NCBI GenBank assembly: GCA_947628225.1
Contig: CANQYY010000006.1
Location: 22,378-86,377, forward strand
Length of the DNA stretch: 64,000 nucleotides
From: an uncultured Lachnospiraceae bacterium
GTDB taxonomy: Bacteria > Bacillota > Clostridia > Lachnospirales > Lachnospiraceae
Direction of reading: 5' to 3'
A program made the translations under genes and the position numbers. The stretch's first letter is position 1. The number at the start of each line of letters is the position of its first letter. The notes below the pieces were generated by a model. The model did not search any database, was not told the origin of the DNA, and saw only the letters and a program-made list of their open reading frames with translations. This document shows positions 9,975 to 18,441 of the stretch, piece by piece.

Positions 9975-10010
9975 CGCTGCAAACGGATTTGCAGCGGTAA
10001 AACAAGGAGG
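9975..10010 (+). promoter_or_regulatory. CsrA-binding hairpin plus GGA-containing Shine-Dalgarno in the flagellin leader
   Basis: cgctgcaaa-CGGA-tttgcagcg is a perfect 9-bp stem with GGA in the loop, followed by acaaggagg. Confidence 0.75.
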
Positions 10011-10017
10011 TATCATT

Positions 10018-10953
10018 ATGATTGTACAACACAACATCACATCTATGAACGCAAACAGACAGTTAGGCATTGTAGGCAACAGCCTTGCTAAGTCTACCGA
10101 GAAACTGGCAAGCGGTTACAAAATCAACCGCGCCGCAGACGATGCAGCAGGTCTTGCTATTTCCGAGAAGATGAGAGCTCAGGTTCGCGGCTTGAATCGC
10201 GCATCCGCTAACGCAGAGGATGGAATTTCTCTTATCCAGACGGCTGAAGGCGCTATGGACCAGCAGCACGCTATCTTACAGAGAACCCGCGAGCTGCTTG
10301 TTCAGGCTTCCAACACCGGTGTATTGGATGGCGAGCAGGAAAACGATTTCCAGAAGATTCAGGACGAAATTGATACTCTGAAACAGGAGTACACCCGTAT
10401 CAGCACAGATACCGAGTTCAACAAGAAAAAACTGTTAGACGGTACTTATCAGAAGCAGACTCTTCAGGTTGGCGCTAACACCGGTCAGCAGATCACAGTA
10501 TCCATCAATCTGGTTAAATGGAGCCTGAAAAATTTCAGCAAAGATGACGAGTTACAAACGGGCTACAAAGATCCTGAGACCTATGACAGCGTTCAGGGCT
10601 CTACCATAAAAGATTTTGATAAGGATGGTACTGTTCTTGATGCAAAAAAGAAGGTTACCAGTGGAAATGGCGCTGCGATTTCCGGACTGATTACTGCTGT
10701 AGATACTATGATTAAGAAAGTAACAACCGAGCGTTCTAAGCTGGGCGCTATCCAGAACCGTCTTGAGTACACAGTTAAAGTAGATGACAACACTGCTGAG
10801 AACATGCAGGCAGCCGAATCCCGTATCCGCGATACTGATATGGCTGATGAAATGACAAGATTCTCCAAGGAGAGCATCCTGCAACAGGCAGCTACTTCTA
10901 TGCTGGCTCAGGCGAATCAGGCAAATCAGGGAGTACTTTCCCTTTTGCAGTAA
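10018..10953 (+). CDS. fliC: Flagellin (orphan, short 311 aa)
   Basis: MIVQHN...SGYKINRAADDAAGLAISEKMRAQ and RSKLGAIQNRLE...AESRIRDTDMA...MLAQANQ D0/D1 termini. Confidence 0.97.
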   Translation: MIVQHNITSMNANRQLGIVGNSLAKSTEKLASGYKINRAADDAAGLAISEKMRAQVRGLNRASANAEDGISLIQTAEGAMDQQHAILQRTRELLVQASNTGVLDGEQENDFQKIQDEIDTLKQEYTRISTDTEFNKKKLLDGTYQKQTLQVGANTGQQITVSINLVKWSLKNFSKDDELQTGYKDPETYDSVQGSTIKDFDKDGTVLDAKKKVTSGNGAAISGLITAVDTMIKKVTTERSKLGAIQNRLEYTVKVDDNTAENMQAAESRIRDTDMADEMTRFSKESILQQAATSMLAQANQANQGVLSLLQ

Positions 10954-11000
10954 TCCATGTGCTCCGGCATAAGTTTTGTGAAATAAAAACAATCATAAAA

Positions 11001-11044
11001 AAAACCTCCCGATATCGACGCCTTTGCCGGTATCGGGAGGTTTT
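11001..11044 (+). terminator. Intrinsic terminator after flagellin
   Basis: aaaacctcccgata...tatcgggaggtttt, 14-bp stem. Confidence 0.8.
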
Positions 11045-11241
11045 GCCACTTTTGTGGCATAAGGGGAGGATAAGTATTCAACCTTTTCTCAGGTAGAATA
11101 CAGCAGCTACAGAGCAGAGGGGGTATCGGCTCTGCACTGCTGGTATTTATATTGTTACCGTTTTTTTCTGGTTTATACAAAGTTTTTGCATTTTTTTTCA
11201 ATCTATGATATATTCATAACTGGTAAAAGGAGGAAAAAACA

Positions 11242-11748
11242 ATGGCATTATTACAGGAATGGCGCGATTACGCTTATAGTGAGGAAATGCAGAATTCCAA
11301 GGAAGGGGAAAAACTCTGGCAGAATTATTTTAATCTGGAAAAAGGTATTTACGAACAGCTCTTAGAAGCCCCGGAAGAAACGGTAGAGGGCACCGTACAG
11401 GAGCTGGCAGAAAAATATGAGGTTCCCCTCTCTATGATGGTGGGATTTCTGGACGGCATCAATGACAGCCTGAAGGAGAAAAACCCGATTGAAACAATGG
11501 AAAAAGACACCGTAGTAAAAATAAATATTGATATAGAAAAGTTATATTATAATATGGTAGAGTGCAACGCCCAATGGCTGTATGAACTTCCCCAATGGGA
11601 AAATATCCTGACGAAGGAACGCAGGAAGGAACTGTATCTGGAGCAAAAAAATTCCGGCACCATCCATAATGAAAACCGCAAGGTCGGGCGAAACGACCCG
11701 TGTCCCTGCGGCAGCGGCAAAAAATATAAGCACTGCTGCGGCCGATAG
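11242..11748 (+). CDS. SEC-C motif domain protein
   Basis: C-terminal [21 protein letters not shown]; aaggagg RBS. Confidence 0.9.
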   Translation: MALLQEWRDYAYSEEMQNSKEGEKLWQNYFNLEKGIYEQLLEAPEETVEGTVQELAEKYEVPLSMMVGFLDGINDSLKEKNPIETMEKDTVVKINIDIEKLYYNMVECNAQWLYELPQWENILTKERRKELYLEQKNSGTIHNENRKVGRNDPCPCGSGKKYKHCCGR

Positions 11749-11778
11749 CCCGCGGCAGCGCCTGATTCCTTACATATC

Positions 11779-12630
11779 TTATTCATAGATTGCCCTGGCG
11801 ACCTCTACTTTATTCATGGAATACAGATGGATGCCATCCACCCCATGCTCCAACAGATCTTCCATCTGGCGTTTGGAATAATCCAGCCCCGCCTTTTTTA
11901 AATCTTCCGGCTTGTCTTTATAACGCTCCAGGGTTTTGGCAAATTCATCCGGAATCTTCGTGCCGGACATCCCAACTATATTTTTTATCTGCCCGTAACT
12001 GGTTATCGGCATCAGCCCCGGCAATACCGGCGCTTCGATACCGGCTTTACGAACCTTATCCAGAAAATGGAAGAATACTTCATTGTCATAAAAAAGCTGA
12101 GTAATGAGGAAATCCACTCCCCGGTCCACCTTCAGCTTCAGATGGGCAATATCCTCTTCCAGACTGGCCGCCTCCTGATGCACTTCCGGATAACAGGCTC
12201 CGGCAATACTAAAGTCATAGCTCTCCTTAATATCTGCTATCAAATCGGAGGCATGTTCATAATAACGCGCCTCAAACTGTTTTTCATCCATCCACACCGG
12301 CTTATCTCCCCGCAGGGCAAGCAAGTTATGTATGCCGTTGCGATATAAATTTGTCAGAAAATTTGTCAGAAACAATTTATTCGGAATGGCGGCGCACGTC
12401 AAATGGGTCAATGCCTCGATTCCGCACTGGTTTTGAATATAAGCAGCGATGGCAAAAGTGTTTTCCGCCGTATTCCCGCCCGCTCCGTAGGTAACACTGA
12501 TAAAGGTGGGATGTAATGTCTTAAACTCATCCAGCGCATCATAGATAACGGACACATCCGTATCCTTTTTGGGCGGAAAAACCTCTAAAGAATAAATCGG
12601 CCGCTTTTTATGGAAATAATCTTTTATCAT
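11779..12630 (-). CDS. metF: 5,10-methylenetetrahydrofolate reductase
   Basis: SLEVFPPK, FISVTYGAGG, HLTC, LALRGD, ITQLFYD. Confidence 0.96.
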   Translation of the reverse strand: MIKDYFHKKRPIYSLEVFPPKKDTDVSVIYDALDEFKTLHPTFISVTYGAGGNTAENTFAIAAYIQNQCGIEALTHLTCAAIPNKLFLTNFLTNLYRNGIHNLLALRGDKPVWMDEKQFEARYYEHASDLIADIKESYDFSIAGACYPEVHQEAASLEEDIAHLKLKVDRGVDFLITQLFYDNEVFFHFLDKVRKAGIEAPVLPGLMPITSYGQIKNIVGMSGTKIPDEFAKTLERYKDKPEDLKKAGLDYSKRQMEDLLEHGVDGIHLYSMNKVEVARAIYE

Positions 12631-12645
12631 AGTTTTCTCCTGATC

Positions 12646-14136
12646 TTATTGTTTTTTTAAACGGAACATATGATAGGAATGGGGCTCTAAAACAATTACC
12701 CCCTCCGCGATGCCGGCGCCTTCCCTCGGCGTGACAGTATCCGGCTTCTCCGGGGAATTTACCGCCTTCATATCCTCATGTTCCAGTACCTTATGCTCTA
12801 TCATCCGGTAATCCTCAAAGCCCTCCAGCAAAACTGCCGTCGTTACTTCCTCCTCCAGATTCCGGTTGACTGCAAAAATCGTGACTTCCTCTTCCTCTTC
12901 ATTCCATACCACAGAGCAGTCCAGATAAGGAATGGCGTCCTTGCCGCCTGCGGAATAGGTGTCACAGAGCACCTCGGCTCTCATTGCCTTTCCCCTGCCA
13001 TAGAGGCAGGCATACAGATACGGATAAAAAATCGTCTGGAGCCACATCTTGCCCCCGTCCACTGTCATAATCGGGGCAATCACATTGACTAACTGCGCCA
13101 GACAGGCAATCTTTACACGGTCCGCATGGTTGATCAGCGTATTTAAAAGGCAGCCTACTACCAGAGCATCCTCCATATTATAAATATCCTCCAAAAGCGG
13201 AGGCGCTGTCTGCCATTTCGGTATCTTTTTATCCTGCTCTTGGGAATGAAACCAGACATTCCATTCATCAAAAGAAAGATAAATGTTTTTGTCGCTTCCC
13301 TTTTCTTCTTTTATCTTATCGCAAATGGCCGCCACTTTTGTAATAAAAGCGTCCATATCCAGAGAACATCCTAAATACCCCGGAGTATCATTGTCCGGAT
13401 TCCCATAGTATTCATGCATGGACAAATAATCGATATGTTCATATGCCTCCCGCAGGACCGTTTCCTCCCATTCTCCAAAGGTTTCCATGTTCTGATGGGA
13501 GCTGCCACAGGCAACCAGCTCAATCGTATCGTCTGTCCATTTCATGATCTTCGCCGCCTCACACGCTGTTCTGGCATACTCCAGCGGCGTCTTATGGCCT
13601 ATCTGCCAGGGACCATCCATCTCATTTCCCAAACACCAGGTATGAATGCCAAAGGGCTGTTCAAAGCCGTTTTCCCTCCTCTTATTGGCAAAACAGGTAT
13701 CGGTGGCAGCATTGCAGTATTCTACGAGATTCCCTGCCTCTTCCGGACCTCTGGTGCCGAGATTGACTGCCATCATAATTTCCGTTCCCGCGCGTTTTGC
13801 CCATTCCTGAAACTCATCAATTCCCACCTCATTGGTTTCCACGGAGCTCCAGGCTAACTCCATCCGTTTCGGTCTTTTTTTCTTATCTCCGGTTCCGTCC
13901 TCCCAATGATAACCGGATACAAAATTCCCGCCCGGATAGCGGACAAGGGGTACCTTCATCCTGCGGATTGTATCTAATACATCCTGACGGAACCCCATAT
14001 CATCCGCCGTTTCATGTCCCGGCTCATAAATGCCATGATAGACCGCGCGGCCCAGATGTTCAATAAAAGAGCCATACAGGCGATTGTCAATATCACTGAT
14101 GATATTTTTCTTATTTACTTTTATTTTCGCTTCCAT
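12646..14136 (-). CDS. abfA: GH51 alpha-L-arabinofuranosidase
   Basis: YGSFIEHLGR, RYPGGNF, WCLGNEMDG, FDEWNVW, AQLVNVI. Confidence 0.95.
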   Translation of the reverse strand: MEAKIKVNKKNIISDIDNRLYGSFIEHLGRAVYHGIYEPGHETADDMGFRQDVLDTIRRMKVPLVRYPGGNFVSGYHWEDGTGDKKKRPKRMELAWSSVETNEVGIDEFQEWAKRAGTEIMMAVNLGTRGPEEAGNLVEYCNAATDTCFANKRRENGFEQPFGIHTWCLGNEMDGPWQIGHKTPLEYARTACEAAKIMKWTDDTIELVACGSSHQNMETFGEWEETVLREAYEHIDYLSMHEYYGNPDNDTPGYLGCSLDMDAFITKVAAICDKIKEEKGSDKNIYLSFDEWNVWFHSQEQDKKIPKWQTAPPLLEDIYNMEDALVVGCLLNTLINHADRVKIACLAQLVNVIAPIMTVDGGKMWLQTIFYPYLYACLYGRGKAMRAEVLCDTYSAGGKDAIPYLDCSVVWNEEEEEVTIFAVNRNLEEEVTTAVLLEGFEDYRMIEHKVLEHEDMKAVNSPEKPDTVTPREGAGIAEGVIVLEPHSYHMFRLKKQ

Positions 14137-14196
14137 GCTAACCTCCCTTTGATGAATCGCCCCGCTCTGCGGGCGGCAAGTTTTCCTATAGGATAA

Positions 14197-14238
14197 AAAA
14201 ACACTTGCTATAATAATCCTATTATAGCAAGTGTTTTT
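14197..14238 (-). terminator. Perfect 19-bp hairpin after the surface protein gene
   Basis: aaaaacacttgctataata-atcc-tattatagcaagtgttttt. Confidence 0.75.
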
Positions 14239-14254
14239 GGATTTGACTATATTT

Positions 14255-17200
14255 TTATTTCAAATTGCTGCATCCGGCAAAGACATCCGTCTGCTTTACT
14301 TTCGATGAAATCGGCGACGCATAGGTCAGACCGGTACAGTTTTTATAAGTATATTCCATGATTTCCACCGTGGAAGGCACTTCCGGCGCTAACACAAGAG
14401 AGGTACAGCCGTAATATGTCATTGTCATTCTTGTTACACCTGCCGGAATCACCGCAGGAACTTCCTGCAACGCCGTACAATCGCTAAACGTATTGGTCAG
14501 CCCCGTTAAAGCATCCGGCAGAACCGGCGGCATCAAAAGACCCTTGCAGCCGCTGAACGTCCAGTCCATATTGGTAACTCCTGCCGGAATTTCCGGCGCC
14601 GCCTGCAGCGCGGATGCATTTTTAAAGGCGGCATACAGGCTTGTCACGGAAGCCGGTATCTCCGGCGCCATCTGCAGGGAAGTACAATTTTCAAAAGTGT
14701 TCCGCAGTTCGGTAATGCCGGAAGGCAGACCGCCGCTGATAGAAACCAGTTTCTCACAGCCTTTGAAGGCCGCGCACATATCTGTGACCGTATCCGGTAT
14801 ATCGGAAACCTCCTCTAAGGATTTGCAGCCATAGAATAAATAAGCGATTTTATCAATCTTCATGCCGCTCCCAAAACGTACGCCTTTGATGTCGCATTTT
14901 TTTCCGTTGGAAGTAAATACCCCGGTAGTTTCCCGTCCCTCACATTCCTTGAACGCCACCGTATAGCTCGTTTTGACCCCGTCTGCCGCAACATCCATCA
15001 CAGCCGGTATCGTAATATATTCTTTCTGCCCCTGATAATAACGGAGGGTAATTATCTTATTTACGCCATCCAGCGTATAGCTCCAATCAGAGGGTATTGT
15101 TTCCTTATATTCAGCCTGTTCGCCGCATTTGCTGCAGGTTCCGGAGGCATCCCGGGTGTGTCCGGCAGCGGGAACAGCTGACTGCTCCTCCGTCTGGCAG
15201 ACGCCGCAGGTCCGCTTCTTTTTTCCTCCCTCCGTGCAGGCAGCTTCCGCCACATCACTCCAGCCGCCCCACTGATGTCCCTTAGCCGGAATTACCTGAA
15301 TATCAGACAAATATCCGCAGGTCTGGCAGTGCTTCGACTTACTTCCCGGCAGGGTACAGGTCGGTTCCTCATCTGTCACATACTCTTCCGTATAGGAATG
15401 TCCGGTGGCGGGAATCGGCTCCTCCTTCCAATGTTCACAGTTTTCCCGCTGGCAATCGTAATGCATCAGGCCTTCTTCCGTACAGGATGCCGGCTTCTTG
15501 ATTTCCGCTACGCTATAATCATGTCCCAGCGGTTTTATGGAACCACTATTTTTAACGGTTTCGCATCGGGAGCAGTGAATGGACTGCATTCCGTTATCCG
15601 TACAGGTAGGCTGCTTGTCAACCGTAAAATCTTTCTCCCAGTCATGTCCCTTTGCCTTTATGATGCCTTTCTTTTCAAACTGGCAGGTACGACAGGTATA
15701 TACAATTTTACCGGTCCCCGCGCAGGTCGCTTCTCTTACGACTTTGCCCTCGTCAAAATCATGCCCGGTTTCTGCGATCCCTACGGAAGTTCCCTGTTTC
15801 CCGCAACGCTTACAGTACTTGGATTTTTTCCCCTTCGTCGTACAGCCTGCCGGCTTATCAATAACAAAATCTCCCCAGTCGTGCTTCAGGGCATGGAGCA
15901 CCTCGGTTTCCTCCAGCCCGCAGCGCTGGCAGGTATAGGTCTTTTTCCCGGAGCCAGTACAGGTGGCTTCCTTTGTAATCTTTCCGGCATCCATATCATG
16001 TCCCAGCGGCTCCAGCTTCACATACATCTTTTTCCCGCAGATCAGACACTCGCTGGTGCGGGTGCCGCCTGCCGTACAGGTGGACGGCGTCGTTATCTCG
16101 CCATAATTATAAGTATGCCCGGCGGCTTCTGTCGCTTCCGTTTTTGTCCCTTTACAGCCATCTACCGTACAGTGATAGGTTATCCGCCCTTTCGTTGTAC
16201 AGCCCGGCTCTGTTGTCACCTCTCCAGCATCCCAGCTATGTCCGTTTGCCGCAACCGTTTCCGTTTTCTGTGCCTCGCACACACTACAGGTATATTGCTT
16301 TTTCCCTTTGGAAGTGCAGGTTGGCTCCTGAATCAGGGTGCCGTTTTCCCAGACATGCCCCGCCGCCGGGGTGTCCTCCTCCCGGGTTGCCATACATGCC
16401 CGGCAGGTATAAAGCATCTTTCCCTGCGCTTCACAGGTCGGCTTCCTGGTTTCTCTTCCTGCATCCCAACTGTGTCCTGTCGGCGGAACCTCCTCGGTCT
16501 TAGTCTTACCGCATTTTGTACAAGTATAGGTTTTAACGCCGTCGGTCACACAGCCCGGCAGCGTCGTAATACTGCCGGCATTCCAGGTATGGTCGCAGGC
16601 GCCGTACTTTACCGTCAGGCGGCAGACGGCATAAATCGATCCACAACTCGCCTTAATATCCGCCGTCGTCCCGGGAGGCGTATCTTCCGTTACATAAACG
16701 CTCCCGTTAGAATATACATTAATACCGCCCTGAAAATCACAGGAATATGTAATCGTTCCTGTGGCAGTTGCCGGCATAAGGGAGGCGGTCATCTGATACC
16801 TCTCCCCCGGCTCCAGTTCCAGTGTCTTCTGCATGATAATCGCCGTAGGCGCCTCCACGGTCTGAATCGCCGAAGGCGCTGTGACTGCCGCTATCGGACT
16901 GAAGGCAATCAACGCCCCCTTAGAAAATAGCGGCGCGGTTTCCTTTTCCTTTACGGTAATTCTTACCTTCGCCTTTACTGCTTTTTTCGCCTTAGAGCGG
17001 AGAGTAAGGACGGCGCTCCCCTTGTTTTTTGCCGTGACTACTCCTTTTTTGGTAACGGATACCACGCTCTTTTTCGACGAGGAAAAAGATACTTTTTTAT
17101 TTTTTGCCTTTTTTGGTTTTACGGTATAAGTTATTTTATAGGAATCTCCTACGGTCAGGGTTTTCTTTTTGGCTGCTACCGTTATTTTTTTCGGCTTTAC

Positions 17201-17296
17201 TTTTTTTGCCTGACTGACAGTGCCCGTCAGACAAAGCCCTGCTGCCGCCGTCAAAAACCCAATCCCTAAGAGTATCCGAATGCTTCTCCCTCTCAT
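14255..17296 (-). CDS. Secreted surface protein: Ig-like (Big_2) domains, 12 His/Cys repeats, C-terminal BspA-like leucine-rich repeats
   Basis: Signal peptide (SQA); VSFSSSKKSVVSVTKKGVVTAK; GHxW...PTC...G...YTCxxC repeats; F.GC..L...P.IP repeats. Confidence 0.8.
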   Translation of the reverse strand: MRGRSIRILLGIGFLTAAAGLCLTGTVSQAKKVKPKKITVAAKKKTLTVGDSYKITYTVKPKKAKNKKVSFSSSKKSVVSVTKKGVVTAKNKGSAVLTLRSKAKKAVKAKVRITVKEKETAPLFSKGALIAFSPIAAVTAPSAIQTVEAPTAIIMQKTLELEPGERYQMTASLMPATATGTITYSCDFQGGINVYSNGSVYVTEDTPPGTTADIKASCGSIYAVCRLTVKYGACDHTWNAGSITTLPGCVTDGVKTYTCTKCGKTKTEEVPPTGHSWDAGRETRKPTCEAQGKMLYTCRACMATREEDTPAAGHVWENGTLIQEPTCTSKGKKQYTCSVCEAQKTETVAANGHSWDAGEVTTEPGCTTKGRITYHCTVDGCKGTKTEATEAAGHTYNYGEITTPSTCTAGGTRTSECLICGKKMYVKLEPLGHDMDAGKITKEATCTGSGKKTYTCQRCGLEETEVLHALKHDWGDFVIDKPAGCTTKGKKSKYCKRCGKQGTSVGIAETGHDFDEGKVVREATCAGTGKIVYTCRTCQFEKKGIIKAKGHDWEKDFTVDKQPTCTDNGMQSIHCSRCETVKNSGSIKPLGHDYSVAEIKKPASCTEEGLMHYDCQRENCEHWKEEPIPATGHSYTEEYVTDEEPTCTLPGSKSKHCQTCGYLSDIQVIPAKGHQWGGWSDVAEAACTEGGKKKRTCGVCQTEEQSAVPAAGHTRDASGTCSKCGEQAEYKETIPSDWSYTLDGVNKIITLRYYQGQKEYITIPAVMDVAADGVKTSYTVAFKECEGRETTGVFTSNGKKCDIKGVRFGSGMKIDKIAYLFYGCKSLEEVSDIPDTVTDMCAAFKGCEKLVSISGGLPSGITELRNTFENCTSLQMAPEIPASVTSLYAAFKNASALQAAPEIPAGVTNMDWTFSGCKGLLMPPVLPDALTGLTNTFSDCTALQEVPAVIPAGVTRMTMTYYGCTSLVLAPEVPSTVEIMEYTYKNCTGLTYASPISSKVKQTDVFAGCSNLK
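15120..16600 (-). repeat. Tandem protein repeat of about 39-41 aa, 12 full units plus 1 partial
   Basis: Counted from the translation: consensus GHxWDxGxITxEPTCTxxGxKxYxCxxCxxxKTExIPA. Confidence 0.9.
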
Positions 17297-17377
17297 ATAT
17301 CCTCCATTCCGTACCTTACGTACCTATATGGTATATATCGGCAAAAACATGAAAATAACAAACAGCTTCCGAATATT

Positions 17378-18355
17378 TTATGCCAGCGCCGCCGTCACTA
17401 TCGCCATGGAATAGACCTCTTCGGCATTACATCCGCGGGACAGATCATTGATCGGCGCATTCAGCCCCAGCATGATCGGCCCGTATGCCTCAAAATTACC
17501 AAGGCGCTGTGCAATCTTGTAACCAATGTTTCCTGCGCTGATATCCGGGAAAATAAAGGTATTGACTGTACCTGCCACTTCATTGCCCGGGCATTTCGTA
17601 CGCGCCACGCGGGGCGACACCGCTGCATCGAACTGGACTTCCCCGATAATGGGAAGCTCCGGCGCGATTTTTTTCGTTTTTTCTGCCGCATTTCTCATTT
17701 TATCTACGTCCTCGCCGCTGCCGGAGCCAAAAGTAGAGTAGCTTAAAAAGCCGACTCTCGGGTCGATGCCGAAGGTTTTGGCACATTCCGCGCAGTCAAT
17801 GGCAATTTCCACAAGTTCATCTTCATTCGGTTTAATGTTAATGGCGCAGTCCCCCATCGCCAATACCGAGTTCCCGCCGGTGGCAGACTCACGGACAAGG
17901 ATAAAGCAGGACGCCACCATTTTCTTTCCCGGCTTTGTCTTTATGATCTGCAGGGCCGGGCGCACCGTATCGGCTGTGGAATATGTCGCGCCGCCTAACA
18001 GGGCGTCCGCTTTTCCCATTTTTACCAGCATCGTTCCAAAATAGTTGGCATGCTGGCAGGTTTCCTTCGCCTGCGAAAGGGTCATCCCCTTTGCCTTACG
18101 GATTTCATACAGGCACTCCGCCATCTCATCTATTCCTTCATATTCCATCGGATCTATGATCTCGGCGCCGCGGATATTAAAACCGGACTCCTCTGCCGCC
18201 TTGGCAATTTCCTCTTTATTCCCAATAAGAATCGGCGCTAAAAAGGTGCTGGCAAGCAGACGGGAAGATGCTTCCAGAATACGGGGGTCGCTTCCCTCCG
18301 TAAATACTATTTTCTTGGGGCTTTTCTTTAAAATGTCAATTAACTTTCCAAACAT
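17378..18355 (-). CDS. pta: Phosphate acetyltransferase
   Basis: IVFTEGSDPRIL, STADTVRPALQII, GEVQFDAA, GNIGYKIAQR, NDLSRGC. Confidence 0.95.
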   Translation of the reverse strand: MFGKLIDILKKSPKKIVFTEGSDPRILEASSRLLASTFLAPILIGNKEEIAKAAEESGFNIRGAEIIDPMEYEGIDEMAECLYEIRKAKGMTLSQAKETCQHANYFGTMLVKMGKADALLGGATYSTADTVRPALQIIKTKPGKKMVASCFILVRESATGGNSVLAMGDCAINIKPNEDELVEIAIDCAECAKTFGIDPRVGFLSYSTFGSGSGEDVDKMRNAAEKTKKIAPELPIIGEVQFDAAVSPRVARTKCPGNEVAGTVNTFIFPDISAGNIGYKIAQRLGNFEAYGPIMLGLNAPINDLSRGCNAEEVYSMAIVTAALA

Positions 18356-18441
18356 AGTTCTTTCCCTCCTGGAATTAGATTTTTCTTACTTTCTATGATA
18401 CCAATTTTCTGCCAAAAAACAAGAGGCACTTACGATTTTTT

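Noticed and set aside
9880-9975. sigma-D promoter for the flagellin
   Set aside because: Best candidate TAAA-16-GCCGGGCC matches only half of the -10; not supportable.
15120-16600. Multiheme cytochrome reading of the Cys/His repeats
   Set aside because: No CxxCH; the His is about 12 residues after each CxxC.
15275-16930. 551-aa plus-strand ORF
   Set aside because: Antisense shadow of the repeat-rich surface protein; no RBS or recognisable motif.
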